A stretch of 64,000 nucleotides of DNA from Bdellovibrionota bacterium. GTDB lineage: Bacteria > Bdellovibrionota_G > JALEGL01 > DATDPG01. Within the stretch, counting starts at the first letter, position 1; the number at the start of each line of letters is the position of its first letter. This document shows positions 20,042 to 30,664 of this stretch, in pieces. The DNA is taken from assembly GCA_963668355.1 (NCBI GenBank), contig OY764265.1:2858493-2922492 (forward strand), written 5' to 3'. The notes under the pieces were generated by a model. It was not told the origin of the DNA. It saw only the letters and a program-made list of their open reading frames with translations, and made no database searches. The translations under genes were made by a program, and so were the position numbers.

Positions 20042-21696
20042 GACTTCCCCTTGTCCGGCTCAATGTAGATGTATTTCCAGGGATGACGATCCAAGTGGTT
20101 GGGCCAAAAACCCTTAACATAGGGTTTTTTCAAGAAGTTCCGTGAATACACATACAAAGAAATGGCCGGAAGCTCTTGAGATAAAATGCTTTCAGCCTTC
20201 CTTAAGATCTGGAGTCGCTTTTCCCTTTGCAAAATTCCGTTGGCTTGTTTCAAGAGTGAATCATATTCGGCATTTTTCCAACCGGAACGATTGTTGGGAC
20301 TGTTACTCAAAAAGATTTCAAGAAAGGTATAGGGATCTGGATAATCTCCGAACCATCCCATTCGGCCAATCTCAAAGTCCTTCTGCCTCATATTCTTCAG
20401 AAAGACTTTCCATTCTTGATTCTCTAGGTTGACCGTCACACCCAAGTTCTGTTTCCACATCTGAACCAAGGCTTGGGCAAGGGTTTTATTCCCCTCATTC
20501 GTATTGTAAGTGAGCGTGATTTCCGGGAAGCCTTCTCCTTTGGGATATCCCGCTTTTTTGAGAAGACGCTGGGCTTTTTCCACATCAAAAATGGGGGAGT
20601 TCGGGCCACGATAACTAACCAAGCCATCCGGGACAAAATCTGCCGTAGGAATTTGATTGGAACGCGTCACAAAACGTACGATCTTTTCCCGATCAATCGC
20701 CAAATTCAAGGCCTGACGCACCCATTTATTATCCAAAGGTTTCTGCTTCACATTGATCCAATAGAAATAGACCGCCAAAAAAGGATAACGAAAAAAATCT
20801 TCATATTTATGAAGCTGCCCGATCACTTCCAAAGGCAAACTTCCATTCCTCCCAGTCCAATCCATCTCGCCGGTTGCATACAAATTTAGGGATGTATTTG
20901 GATGTTCAACTTCAAGCACTTTCACACGATTTAAGCGCACCGTCTTAGCGTCCCAATATCGAGGATTCTTTTCAAACCATAGATGTCTTCGAAATTTCCA
21001 TTCCTTTAAAACAAAGGCCCCATTGGAGACAATGTGTTCGGGGCGAGTCCAGAGTTCCTCAGAAATGCCATGCTTCTTCAATCTCTCCAAAAGATGTCTT
21101 GGAATCGGCATGAAGGTTTGAAGGGAAAGAAGGTCGAGAAAAAAAGGTACGGGTTTTTCCAAATTGACTTCTAAGGTGTGATCATCCAGCGCTCGAACGC
21201 CTTGAAAGGCCTTTGAAGAAAGAGCGCCTCGAAACAAGGCCTCCCCCCCCTTAAGAAAAAAGAAGAGCGTCACATAAGGGTTCGCCGTTTCTTTTTTGAG
21301 GGCACGTTTCCAGGACCAAACAAAGTCCTGTGCCGTTAGAGGGGTTCCATCTGACCAGAAACTTTTCCGCAGATGAAAGACATATTGCTTCCCTTCTTGA
21401 GAGACTTCCCAACGTGTCGCAATTCCCGGAATGGGCAGGAGCGTTTTCGGGTCCACTTGGACCAACCCCTCAAACATGTTCAAAATTAGTTCGGCTCCGG
21501 TTGTTCCTGAACATTTTGTCGGATCCAACCACTCTGGCTCGGCGGAGTTATTGAGCCACAATTCATCCGGAGGATGCTTTAGCGTAGGGTCACCAAAAAA
21601 ACGGGTCGGGGTCGAGTCACAACCCACAATCAAGAATAGCGACAAACACACCAGCAGATTCTGCACCTTCACGAATCGCATGAACTTTAGAATCAT
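20038..21696 (-). CDS. oppA: Oligopeptide ABC transporter substrate-binding lipoprotein
   Basis: Lipobox IVGC; EP..LDP, FEGL, WSDGTPLTAQDF, NGAF, GWFGDYPDP. Confidence 0.93.
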   Translation of the reverse strand: MILKFMRFVKVQNLLVCLSLFLIVGCDSTPTRFFGDPTLKHPPDELWLNNSAEPEWLDPTKCSGTTGAELILNMFEGLVQVDPKTLLPIPGIATRWEVSQEGKQYVFHLRKSFWSDGTPLTAQDFVWSWKRALKKETANPYVTLFFFLKGGEALFRGALSSKAFQGVRALDDHTLEVNLEKPVPFFLDLLSLQTFMPIPRHLLERLKKHGISEELWTRPEHIVSNGAFVLKEWKFRRHLWFEKNPRYWDAKTVRLNRVKVLEVEHPNTSLNLYATGEMDWTGRNGSLPLEVIGQLHKYEDFFRYPFLAVYFYWINVKQKPLDNKWVRQALNLAIDREKIVRFVTRSNQIPTADFVPDGLVSYRGPNSPIFDVEKAQRLLKKAGYPKGEGFPEITLTYNTNEGNKTLAQALVQMWKQNLGVTVNLENQEWKVFLKNMRQKDFEIGRMGWFGDYPDPYTFLEIFLSNSPNNRSGWKNAEYDSLLKQANGILQREKRLQILRKAESILSQELPAISLYVYSRNFLKKPYVKGFWPNHLDRHPWKYIYIEPDKGKS

Positions 21697-21747
21697 ATCG
21701 GTCGCTTACGGATTGATCGAGTTTTCTCCTTTTCCCACAATTCGCCA

Positions 21748-21786
21748 AACAAAGAAAAAGGGCGACTTGAAACAAGTCGCCCCTTT
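21748..21786 (-). terminator. Rho-independent terminator of the phasin-like gene
   Basis: Minus strand GGGCGACTTG-TTT-CAAGTCGCCC followed by TTTTTCTTTGTTT. Confidence 0.8.
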
Positions 21787-21789
21787 CAC

Positions 21790-21870
21790 GAACCGAAGAG
21801 GCCCCCCTTCACTTCTTCCCCTTCGATTCAAAGAACCCGGGCGTCTCCCCCTCATTCGACGCCCGGATTC
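21790..21870 (-). ncRNA. Candidate structured 3'UTR or sRNA: two hairpins with AGGGGG-containing loops
   Basis: GAATCCGGGCGTC/GACGCCCGGGTTC (loop GAATGAGGGGGA) and GAATCGAAGGGG/CCTCTTCGGTTC (loop AAGAAGTGAAGGGGGG); G-U pairs favour the minus strand. Confidence 0.45.
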
Positions 21871-21880
21871 GTACGATCTT

Positions 21881-22249
21881 CTACATCCGATGGAGGCGGT
21901 TCACTCTTTCCTCCAACCGAGCAAGTTCTGTGTGAAAGCGATCAGCTTCGCGGGCGGAAAGCTCCCCGATTCGATCCGCAGCGCGGCGAATGCTTTCGTC
22001 GATACGTCGCTCAAAGGTCTCCCGACTGACGTTCAGCCGATTGTTCAGGACCGTGAGCAAACGCTCACCCTGAAACGGTGTAACCCTTCCGGTCTCTACC
22101 ATCTTACGTACCAGCGTTTCCCCCTCGTTCGTCGCGGCACTGGTCAAACCACGAGTCGCACGCCATGAAAACCGGACAAAGTCACGCAGAACGTTTTCTT
22201 TTAAAGCCCTGGAATCCGAATTAGGCTCTCTTGCCACTACCGTTTCCAT
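21881..22249 (-). CDS. Phasin / PHA granule-associated-like protein (PhaF/PhaI-like)
   Basis: 122-aa helical protein with 'GL......EGE.LV..MVE.G' pattern and C-terminal coiled coil LARLEERVNRL; GGGGAG SD. Confidence 0.65.
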   Translation of the reverse strand: METVVAREPNSDSRALKENVLRDFVRFSWRATRGLTSAATNEGETLVRKMVETGRVTPFQGERLLTVLNNRLNVSRETFERRIDESIRRAADRIGELSAREADRFHTELARLEERVNRLHRM

Positions 22250-22264
22250 TGACTATCTCCCTTC

Positions 22265-22281
22265 TGCGACATTCAGTCGCA
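22265..22281. promoter_or_regulatory. Inverted repeat TGCGAC-N5-GTCGCA, candidate operator overlapping the predicted transcription start
   Basis: Perfect 6-bp dyad between the sigma-54-like motif and the SD. Confidence 0.4.
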
Positions 22282-22285
22282 TTGT

Positions 22286-22303
22286 TATCAAAGTGTGTGC
22301 CAG
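22286..22303 (-). promoter_or_regulatory. Sigma-54-type promoter of the phasin-like gene
   Basis: Minus strand CTGGCACACACTTTGATA = TGGCAC-N5-TTGA. Confidence 0.6.
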
Positions 22304-22509
22304 ACTCAAAAAAGTACGACCAGATTTCTAAGTCTCGCTGTGAGCAAGGAGTTCAAGGGTTGAAGGCCTTTTAAAAAAGTGTAAAGAATGCATTCTTTAC
22401 TCGGCATATTGTCTAGATTTCCGACACACCAAAAGACCAAAACGAAAACTCCTTTATTTCCAAAACCTTAAAACACCAACAGTGTTAGTTTTCCAACACC
22501 CGAAACGTC

Positions 22510-24237
22510 TTAAATGCTAACAGGTCGAATATCATGTAGCCTCAGTTGAACCTCGGTGTTTCCATTCCAAGAGTTCAACTCGGGCATCACCACAGCCTCG
22601 ACCATTCCTTTGCTTCTCGACCCGTGAGTCTCAAACATATTGAAACCGATGGCCGAAAAACTCGCCCCACCCTCAGGACTTCTCAAGCGAAGCTTTAGAT
22701 GGTTCTTTCCCACCTCCCTTGCACCCCCTACAACTCGGGCGCGAACCCAAAAAGATGGTTCCGGATTTCCCACTCCAAAGGGTCGCAATTGATCCAAAAG
22801 AGAAAGATACCCTCTATTCAAGTGCCCCAATTCGAGCTTTGCGTCAATGAAAACCTCGTGCACTGCGGCAACTTTTTGTTTCGAGAATTCGTTTCGGATG
22901 GCTCGTTGAAAAGCCTCGAACGAATCTCTTTCTAAAACACATCCGGCGGCCTCTTGATGACCTCCATACGTGTGAAGCAGATCTTTACATCCTTCAAGCG
23001 CTTTGACAATATTTGCTCCACCCCGAGCGCGAGCCGATCCCCGTGCGACCTTTCCTTCGAAAGAAAACACGAATGCAGGAACTCCCCATGTACTGGATAA
23101 ACGTTGCGCCACCAAACCAATGATGCCGGGATGGAAGTTTTCTCCTCCCACCACAATGGCACAATTTCCTTTTTCCACTTGCCTCGTGGCATCCACCGAG
23201 GCCAAACGCGTGGTTTTTTCCTCCAGTTCCCTTCGTTGTCGATTCCAATCCTCCACCTGCGAAGCAATTCGGGTCGCTTCATCCAGAGAGTCTGTCGTCA
23301 ACAACTGAAGGGCTTCCATCGCTCTTCCAAGACGAGCCGCCGCATTGATTCGAGGAGCCAAGCGAAAACCGACATCTGTCGCCGAAATTGAATCATCCAA
23401 AGAAAGCCCCGACTGTTCCCGCATGCTCACAAAACCGGGTCGGCTCGATGCGCTCATTTCACGCAACCCGTGAGCAACCAAGATTCGATTCTGTCCCACC
23501 ACCGGAGCCATGTCCGCCAATGTCCCGAGCGCCACAATATCCAAATAGGATTTCAAATTCGGTTCGTCAAAAGCCTTAAATAAACCGCGATCTCGCATGA
23601 CCGAACGAACGGCCAAAGCCAACATGAAGGCCACTCCGACTCCCGAGAGCCCTTCTAAAAATTGTTCATTTCCTTCCAGGTGGGGATCGACCAAGATGGC
23701 CGATTGGGGAAGATTATCCGGAGGACGGTGATGATCCGTCACAATGGTTTCGATCCCCGACTCATGCAACTGGGCAATTTCGCTTACATTTGAAATTCCG
23801 CAATCACAGGTAATGACCAAAGAAACGTTTTCCTTTATAGCCAACTCGACGGCATTGGGGGAAATTCCATGACCTTCCTTTAGTCGATTGGGAATGAACG
23901 GAAAGCTGGATAGATGAATCTCTCTGAAAAAAATTTGTAGCAGGGCCGTCGCCGAAATGCCATCCGCATCGAAATCTCCATGGACCAAGACTTTTTCTTG
24001 GCTTTGAAGCGCATCCACCACGCGTTTGGCTGCTCTTTCCATCCCACGCAACTGAAAGGGTCCCGCCATGGAATGAAGAGCTTTTTCCAAATATTCAGTC
24101 GCGGTTTTCTCATCTCTCACACCACGTGCCACCATGACGCGGATTAAACTCTCCGGAAAATGTAAATTCTCCGAAAGAGAGCGAACCACTTCCTCATTCA
24201 GTTCACGTAAATGCCAGTTCTTCGGCACGAACCTCAT
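22510..24237 (-). CDS. recJ: Single-stranded DNA exonuclease RecJ
   Basis: GDFDADG, TCDCG, TDHH, PRINAAARL, GSAR, GGH.EAAG. Confidence 0.97.
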   Translation of the reverse strand: MRFVPKNWHLRELNEEVVRSLSENLHFPESLIRVMVARGVRDEKTATEYLEKALHSMAGPFQLRGMERAAKRVVDALQSQEKVLVHGDFDADGISATALLQIFFREIHLSSFPFIPNRLKEGHGISPNAVELAIKENVSLVITCDCGISNVSEIAQLHESGIETIVTDHHRPPDNLPQSAILVDPHLEGNEQFLEGLSGVGVAFMLALAVRSVMRDRGLFKAFDEPNLKSYLDIVALGTLADMAPVVGQNRILVAHGLREMSASSRPGFVSMREQSGLSLDDSISATDVGFRLAPRINAAARLGRAMEALQLLTTDSLDEATRIASQVEDWNRQRRELEEKTTRLASVDATRQVEKGNCAIVVGGENFHPGIIGLVAQRLSSTWGVPAFVFSFEGKVARGSARARGGANIVKALEGCKDLLHTYGGHQEAAGCVLERDSFEAFQRAIRNEFSKQKVAAVHEVFIDAKLELGHLNRGYLSLLDQLRPFGVGNPEPSFWVRARVVGGAREVGKNHLKLRLRSPEGGASFSAIGFNMFETHGSRSKGMVEAVVMPELNSWNGNTEVQLRLHDIRPVSI

Positions 24238-24240
24238 GCG

Positions 24241-25398
24241 TTAGGCCGCGAGGCGTTTCTTCTGAAGATATTTCCGAACGTAAATCGTGACCGGTGAAGC
24301 AATCAATACCGAAGAGTACGTACCCGCGACAATTCCAATCGTGAAGGCCAAAGCAAAATTGTATGTGATCGGACCTCCCAAAAGCATCAATGCCACGCTG
24401 GCGATAAGCGCTGTCCCGGACGTCAATATGGTCCGACTGAGCGTCTGATTAACACTGTCATTGATGGTTCCAATGAAATTGGCTTCTTTGGATTTCTTCA
24501 CATTCTCGCGAACACGATCATACAAAACAATCGTATCGTTGATGGAATACCCAACGATGGTCAACACAGCGGCCACAATCGAGAGATCAAATTGAAGCCC
24601 CAGAAAAGAAAATACGCCCAGGATCACCACAGCGTCATGAATCAAAGCGATGATTGCACCCGGCGCGAATTCAAACTCGAATCGAAACCAAATGTAAATC
24701 AGGATAAATATGATTGCGATGATCACCGCTCCAACCGCCTGCATTCGAAGCTCTTTTCCCACTTTCGGGCCCACTTGGTCGGTTTGCAAGACTTCAAATG
24801 CCGTTCGACCGAATTTCTCATGAAACGTTTCGATGATCCGCGTTGAGATTCCGGCAAATTGGACCAAATATTCGTGATCCGTGGCACGACCAAAACGAGA
24901 AGCGCTATCCACCTCTAGATCGGGCAATTGAAGCGCATTGATTTCTTCTTTGAGTTTATTTTCGTCAATCGAAGAAGCATAGCTGACATAGATGCGGTCT
25001 TCCGAAAAGCGAATGCGGGCCTTTCCAGCATCTTTCCCTCCGGCCTTCATTGCGGCCTTCTCCAGCTCCGGTTTATGCGTGGCCAAATTTAGATCCACTG
25101 TTTCCACTCGAATGAGAAATTCCCCGGAGCCTTCTTCTCCAATCTCTTGAACCATGGCTTCCTTAAGTCCAATGGGGGAGAGAGCTTCTCTCAATTTCCC
25201 GACGGTCGGTTTTTCATTGAAACGCACATGAACTTCCGTGCCCCCCTTGAAATCGACGCCGTAATTCAACCCCTTGGTAGATAACAACCCCACAGAGATC
25301 AAAAGTGAGATCATGGACAACACGAGGAAAGTGGGAGCCACTTTCATGAAGTTGATTTTTGTTCCGTGTGGAATGATTTCAAAAAATTTCTGTTCCAT
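24241..25398 (-). CDS. secF: Protein translocase subunit SecF
   Basis: GVDFKGG, VGPKVG, GYSINDTIVLYDRVRE. Confidence 0.97.
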   Translation of the reverse strand: MEQKFFEIIPHGTKINFMKVAPTFLVLSMISLLISVGLLSTKGLNYGVDFKGGTEVHVRFNEKPTVGKLREALSPIGLKEAMVQEIGEEGSGEFLIRVETVDLNLATHKPELEKAAMKAGGKDAGKARIRFSEDRIYVSYASSIDENKLKEEINALQLPDLEVDSASRFGRATDHEYLVQFAGISTRIIETFHEKFGRTAFEVLQTDQVGPKVGKELRMQAVGAVIIAIIFILIYIWFRFEFEFAPGAIIALIHDAVVILGVFSFLGLQFDLSIVAAVLTIVGYSINDTIVLYDRVRENVKKSKEANFIGTINDSVNQTLSRTILTSGTALIASVALMLLGGPITYNFALAFTIGIVAGTYSSVLIASPVTIYVRKYLQKKRLAA

Positions 25399-27092
25399 TA
25401 GATTGATAACCTCTTAGGTTGAAATCGAGTGATGATCCATTCGAACGCCATTCGCGTAAACCAAAGCGCAGTAAAGTAGTTGGCGATCAAACCAAAGATG
25501 AGCGTCAGAGCAAATCCTTTGATGGGACCCGTACCGAAATGCAACAAAACAAAGGCGGTAATCACCGTGGTTAAGTTGGAATCCAAAATCGTTAAATGGG
25601 CCCGATCATACCCGGCTTCCACCGCAGCTTTAATGGGTTTTCCGTTTCGCAATTCTTCTCGAATGCGTTCATAGATGATGACGTTCGCATCGACCGCCAT
25701 TCCAAGAGAAATGATGATTCCTGCAATTCCAGGCAAGGTTAACGTCGCATTCAGGACCCCCAAGCACGCCAAAATGAAAACGATGTTTACAATGATTGCC
25801 AGGTCCGCCGCGATTCCGGAAATTTGATAATAAATCGCCATAAACACAATGATGAGAAGCGCTCCCACAAGCATCGCTTTCAATCCTCGTTCAATCGAGT
25901 CTCTTCCCAAAGAAGGGCCCACCGAGCGATTCTCAAGAATTTCTACTGGGGCCGGTAAAGCTCCAGCACGTAGAACCAAAGCCAGGTCTTTCGCCTCATT
26001 CATGAGTTCGTTGCGCGAACGAAGAGAGCCCAACGTAATTCGAGCCCTTCCACCACCGATTCTGTCTTGAATCGTTGGGGCCGACTGAATTTTGTCATCC
26101 AAAATGATGGCCATATTTTTTCCAACATTGGCGCCGGTAACTTCTTCAAAAATTTGAGCGCCCCTTGGATTGAAAAGGAGAGAAACTTCCGGTTCACCAT
26201 ATTGTCCCTGACTGATTCGAGCGTCCTCTAACATTTCACCCGTCAACAGCGTTTCGGATTTAAGGAGATAAGGTCGCTCCACAATGGTCCCGGTGGAACC
26301 ATCTTCCGTTTCTTCCATAAGAACTTGTGTGCCTTTGGGAATTTTCCCTTTCAGTTCCAGATTTAAATCCTCAATGGATGCATCTTTTCGAAGCTTTTTC
26401 TTCGCACTGGCGACCAATGTTTCGAGCGCTATCCCGTCCATGCTCTCGCTGTCCACGATTTTAAACTCCAGCTGGGCCGTTCTTCCCAAAACACTCTTGG
26501 CGCGTTCAGGGTCATCCATTCCTGGAAGTTGAACAATGATCCGATCTTTTCCCTGAGCCTGAATGGAGGGTTCCGCCACACCAAATTCATCCAATCGACT
26601 TCGTAGCGTCTCCAGGGCTTGTTGAATGGTGTCTCTCTCAACGATGTTTTTTCTCTCTTCTTGGATATCCAAGGTGAAGGTCCCCTCTCCCGGATCTTCA
26701 TCGACAATCGACAACACGTTGAATTTGTTCTGTACATACGTGCGGAAATCTGAAGAGTTCTTCTTGTCCTTTAAGAGAAGTTGAATTTCGGTTGAATCGA
26801 ACTCTCTCTGAATGGAAACGAAGTCGATCTTTTGGTCGGGTAGAAAGTCCTTGAGGTCACGAATGTAACGGTCCGCCTCATTCATGAGGGCGCGACGAAG
26901 ATCGATGCCCAAAACCATGTGAATTCCCCCTTGAAGATCCAATCCCAATTTCACTTGAGAATCGGGAAGCATCTTCACGTACCAGGGAGCATCTTTTTCT
27001 GGAACCTCCACAAAATTGGGCAGAACAAAGTAAACGGCCAACATGACCGAAACGAAGGATATGATGAAGCGAACGCGCCAGGTTGTACTCAT
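25398..27092 (-). CDS. secD: Protein translocase subunit SecD
   Basis: LGLDLQGG, LRAGALPAP, GMAVDANVIIYERIREE. Confidence 0.97.
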   Translation of the reverse strand: MSTTWRVRFIISFVSVMLAVYFVLPNFVEVPEKDAPWYVKMLPDSQVKLGLDLQGGIHMVLGIDLRRALMNEADRYIRDLKDFLPDQKIDFVSIQREFDSTEIQLLLKDKKNSSDFRTYVQNKFNVLSIVDEDPGEGTFTLDIQEERKNIVERDTIQQALETLRSRLDEFGVAEPSIQAQGKDRIIVQLPGMDDPERAKSVLGRTAQLEFKIVDSESMDGIALETLVASAKKKLRKDASIEDLNLELKGKIPKGTQVLMEETEDGSTGTIVERPYLLKSETLLTGEMLEDARISQGQYGEPEVSLLFNPRGAQIFEEVTGANVGKNMAIILDDKIQSAPTIQDRIGGGRARITLGSLRSRNELMNEAKDLALVLRAGALPAPVEILENRSVGPSLGRDSIERGLKAMLVGALLIIVFMAIYYQISGIAADLAIIVNIVFILACLGVLNATLTLPGIAGIIISLGMAVDANVIIYERIREELRNGKPIKAAVEAGYDRAHLTILDSNLTTVITAFVLLHFGTGPIKGFALTLIFGLIANYFTALWFTRMAFEWIITRFQPKRLSI

Positions 27093-27098
27093 GGTTTT

Positions 27099-27431
27099 TT
27101 ACTTATTCCCTTCTCCCGCCTTGGGCTGCATTCCCGCAATGGAACTTCGACTCGCACGAATGCGAACATGATCTGCCACTTCGAGCGTGACCACCTGTTC
27201 GGTCAATCCCGCGACTCTTCCATAAAGACCGGACTGCAAAATGACTTCGTCACCCTTTTTTAAACCGCTGAGAAATTTTCGATGTTCCGTTTCTCGTTTC
27301 TTTTGGGGACGAATCAATAAAAAGTAAAACACACCAAACATAAAGAGGAGCGGAATCAACATCGATCCCAAGCCACCGGAGCCTTGAGCTCCCCCTGGAT
27401 TCTGTGCCATTGCGTAAAGTTCTGTAATCAT
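27099..27431 (-). CDS. yajC: Preprotein translocase subunit YajC
   Basis: FYFLLIRPQKKR..LKKGDEV; tgt-yajC-secDF synteny. Confidence 0.96.
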   Translation of the reverse strand: MITELYAMAQNPGGAQGSGGLGSMLIPLLFMFGVFYFLLIRPQKKRETEHRKFLSGLKKGDEVILQSGLYGRVAGLTEQVVTLEVADHVRIRASRSSIAGMQPKAGEGNK

Positions 27432-27456
27432 GGGGCGGTTTTGTACCCGAGCCCCG

Positions 27457-28605
<1,149 letters not shown>

Positions 28606-28697
28606 CTACTTTTTAATCCGCTCCCCTCCTAAAACACACAGAGCTAGCCAAAAATAGAATCCTCCTGAAAGGCAGCCGTTTGAGCAAAAGCGTTGGC

Positions 28698-28844
28698 AAA
28701 CGAAAAAGGAAATGGGAGGAGCCAAGTTCTGAGCGAAAGCGTGGGGGGGGGAGCCGGAATGCGAAGCATTCCGGGGGGGAGGTTCCCTCCCCCGAGGTTT
28801 CGCTTTCGTCCAGAACTTGGCTTCGAGTATTTCCTTTTTCGTTT
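28698..28844 (+). other. 147-nt long inverted-repeat element with branched apex (candidate ncRNA, MITE or REP-like element)
   Basis: AAACGAAAAAGGAAAT/ATTTCCTTTTTCGTTT, GGAGCCAAGTTCTG/CAGAACTTGGCTTC, CGAAAGCG/CGCTTTCG; apical hairpins CCGGAATGC-GAA-GCATTCCGG and GGGGGAGG-TTC-CCTCCCCC. Confidence 0.75.
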
Positions 28845-28897
28845 TTCCGGCCCCAGAAAAGTAAGCTTCAGTGAGAAGGTGTAAGTCTTACGATTTT

Positions 28898-29971
28898 TTA
28901 AGCGATGAACATGGCATCGCCGTAAGAATAGAATCGGTAATGCTCTTCGATGGCAATTTGGTACAGCTCCAGAAGTTTTTCAACACCGCCCTCGCCCAAA
29001 AACCCACTGACCAAGGCCATCAGGCTTGATTTGGGAAGATGAAAATTCGTGACCATGGCATCCACAACTTCTGGCATCCATCCAGGCTTGAGAAAGAGGT
29101 CACAAGGTCCCTGAATGCCTTTGGGAGACATTCCGTTTCGAACCCACCATTCCAGAGAACGAACCACGGTCGTGCCAACTGCAATGACCCGTTTGCCCGA
29201 TTGTTTTGCGGAGAGAATTTTTTCGGCCACGTCCGCTGAAAGACGTACTTCTTCTTCATGCAGTTTCCCAAGGTCCCATTGTTCTGGGGTCAATGGACGA
29301 AACGTTCCCCACCCTACCGCCAAATGTAGATGGCAGAGTTCAACTCCCTTTTCGCTCAAACTCTGAAGCAACTCAGGCGTAAAATGCAAACCCGCTGTGG
29401 GAGCCGCCACTGCACCAGAGTCCTTGAAGAACGTGGTTTGATAACGGGTCCAATCCTCTTCTTCCGTTTCAGAAAGACCCTGTTTCTTCCGAGCGCCGCG
29501 AATATACGGAGGCAATGGGGGAAGGCCATACGTCTGCCTCCAGCTCAACACTTCTGCGGTAGATGCTTCAAAACAAATTTCCGCTGTCCCGCTAGCGTTC
29601 CTCGAACAAATTTTCATGTTCATGTTTCCGGGAAGAAGATAGGAAACGTTCTTTTTCAAACGTTTGCCGCCCACCAAGGCCTCCCAAACCGATTGATTCC
29701 CTTGTGCCTGCAATTCCTTTAGCAACAAGAGTTCACACGGACTTCCACTTTCCTTGCGCCATAAAACGCGAGCCGGGTCCACCCGAACATTATTGAGGAC
29801 AAACAAGTCTCCGGGTTGAAGAAACTCCAGGATACGACTCACTCGGGAATGAGTGATGCCTGATTTTTTTCGATCATAGCCAAGAAGTTTTGCATCGGAT
29901 CTTCGCTTGGAGGGATGTGTGGCGATTCGCTCCTCGGGAAGATGATAATCAAATTGTTCAATCGGATTCAT
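28898..29971 (-). CDS. queA: S-adenosylmethionine:tRNA ribosyltransferase-isomerase
   Basis: FDYHLPEERIA, PLPPYI, AAPTAGLHFT, TNFHLP, YRFYSYGDAM. Confidence 0.97.
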   Translation of the reverse strand: MNPIEQFDYHLPEERIATHPSKRRSDAKLLGYDRKKSGITHSRVSRILEFLQPGDLFVLNNVRVDPARVLWRKESGSPCELLLLKELQAQGNQSVWEALVGGKRLKKNVSYLLPGNMNMKICSRNASGTAEICFEASTAEVLSWRQTYGLPPLPPYIRGARKKQGLSETEEEDWTRYQTTFFKDSGAVAAPTAGLHFTPELLQSLSEKGVELCHLHLAVGWGTFRPLTPEQWDLGKLHEEEVRLSADVAEKILSAKQSGKRVIAVGTTVVRSLEWWVRNGMSPKGIQGPCDLFLKPGWMPEVVDAMVTNFHLPKSSLMALVSGFLGEGGVEKLLELYQIAIEEHYRFYSYGDAMFIA

Positions 29972-30661
29972 TTACCGACGAACAACTCGTCCACAGGACG
30001 AACATTTAATTTCTGAAGCCGTTAACGCGAACCAATAAGATCCCAACACGATTCTTAGATCACGGGCCCCCTCAGGCACTTTTTTATAGAAGGTCACCAT
30101 CTGAAGAGCTTCACGACCCGCCTCATAGGTAGATTTGAGACGTCCTCCACAATAATCACAATTTAAAAGAGGATCATGAAGAAGCCAGGCCACCGCCTCT
30201 TCTCGACTCTGGAACCCGCCTTCGATCTTGCGGTGAAAATCCCACTCATCGACATACTCTTCCCGAGAAGCCGCTTCTCGAATCTCATCCTCTACTTTTC
30301 GTCTTCGCTCTTTCTTCTTACTCTGCTTCGCTTTTTTCCATTTCCCCCAAAGCGACGGAAGAAAAAGAAAGGCCAGTCCAAGAAAACCCAAAATGGGCAT
30401 CCATCCATCCAATTCCCAGGAGCGACGTTTGCCTTCCAGCCACAAACCCACTCGTTCTTTCCGCATTTCTTCGAGTCGATCGGCGCCCCCAATGGGTACC
30501 GTTAACTTTGCATCGTACCCCTTCAATTCCTTATTGAGGCGTTCATAGTCTTCATGCACAGATTGATCGGACAAATAAGCAAAATTACTTACTTTGTAAT
30601 ATCGCTTTCCCCCAAAAAAGGAGAGCACCAACAGAATTAGTACAACCCCAACCAGTCTCAT
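29972..30661 (-). CDS. Hypothetical two-TM membrane protein with C-terminal CxxC...CxxC (possible zinc ribbon)
   Basis: Two hydrophobic segments, CDYC and CSSC; tightly packed between the UDG gene and queA. Confidence 0.7.
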   Translation of the reverse strand: MRLVGVVLILLVLSFFGGKRYYKVSNFAYLSDQSVHEDYERLNKELKGYDAKLTVPIGGADRLEEMRKERVGLWLEGKRRSWELDGWMPILGFLGLAFLFLPSLWGKWKKAKQSKKKERRRKVEDEIREAASREEYVDEWDFHRKIEGGFQSREEAVAWLLHDPLLNCDYCGGRLKSTYEAGREALQMVTFYKKVPEGARDLRIVLGSYWFALTASEIKCSSCGRVVRR

Positions 30662-30664
30662 TTC

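Noticed and set aside
21431..22168. 245-aa + strand ORF and other long shadow ORFs (e.g. 52621..53364, 9425..10042, 30716..31288)
   Set aside because: They are antisense to well-supported genes and show no protein-family motifs.
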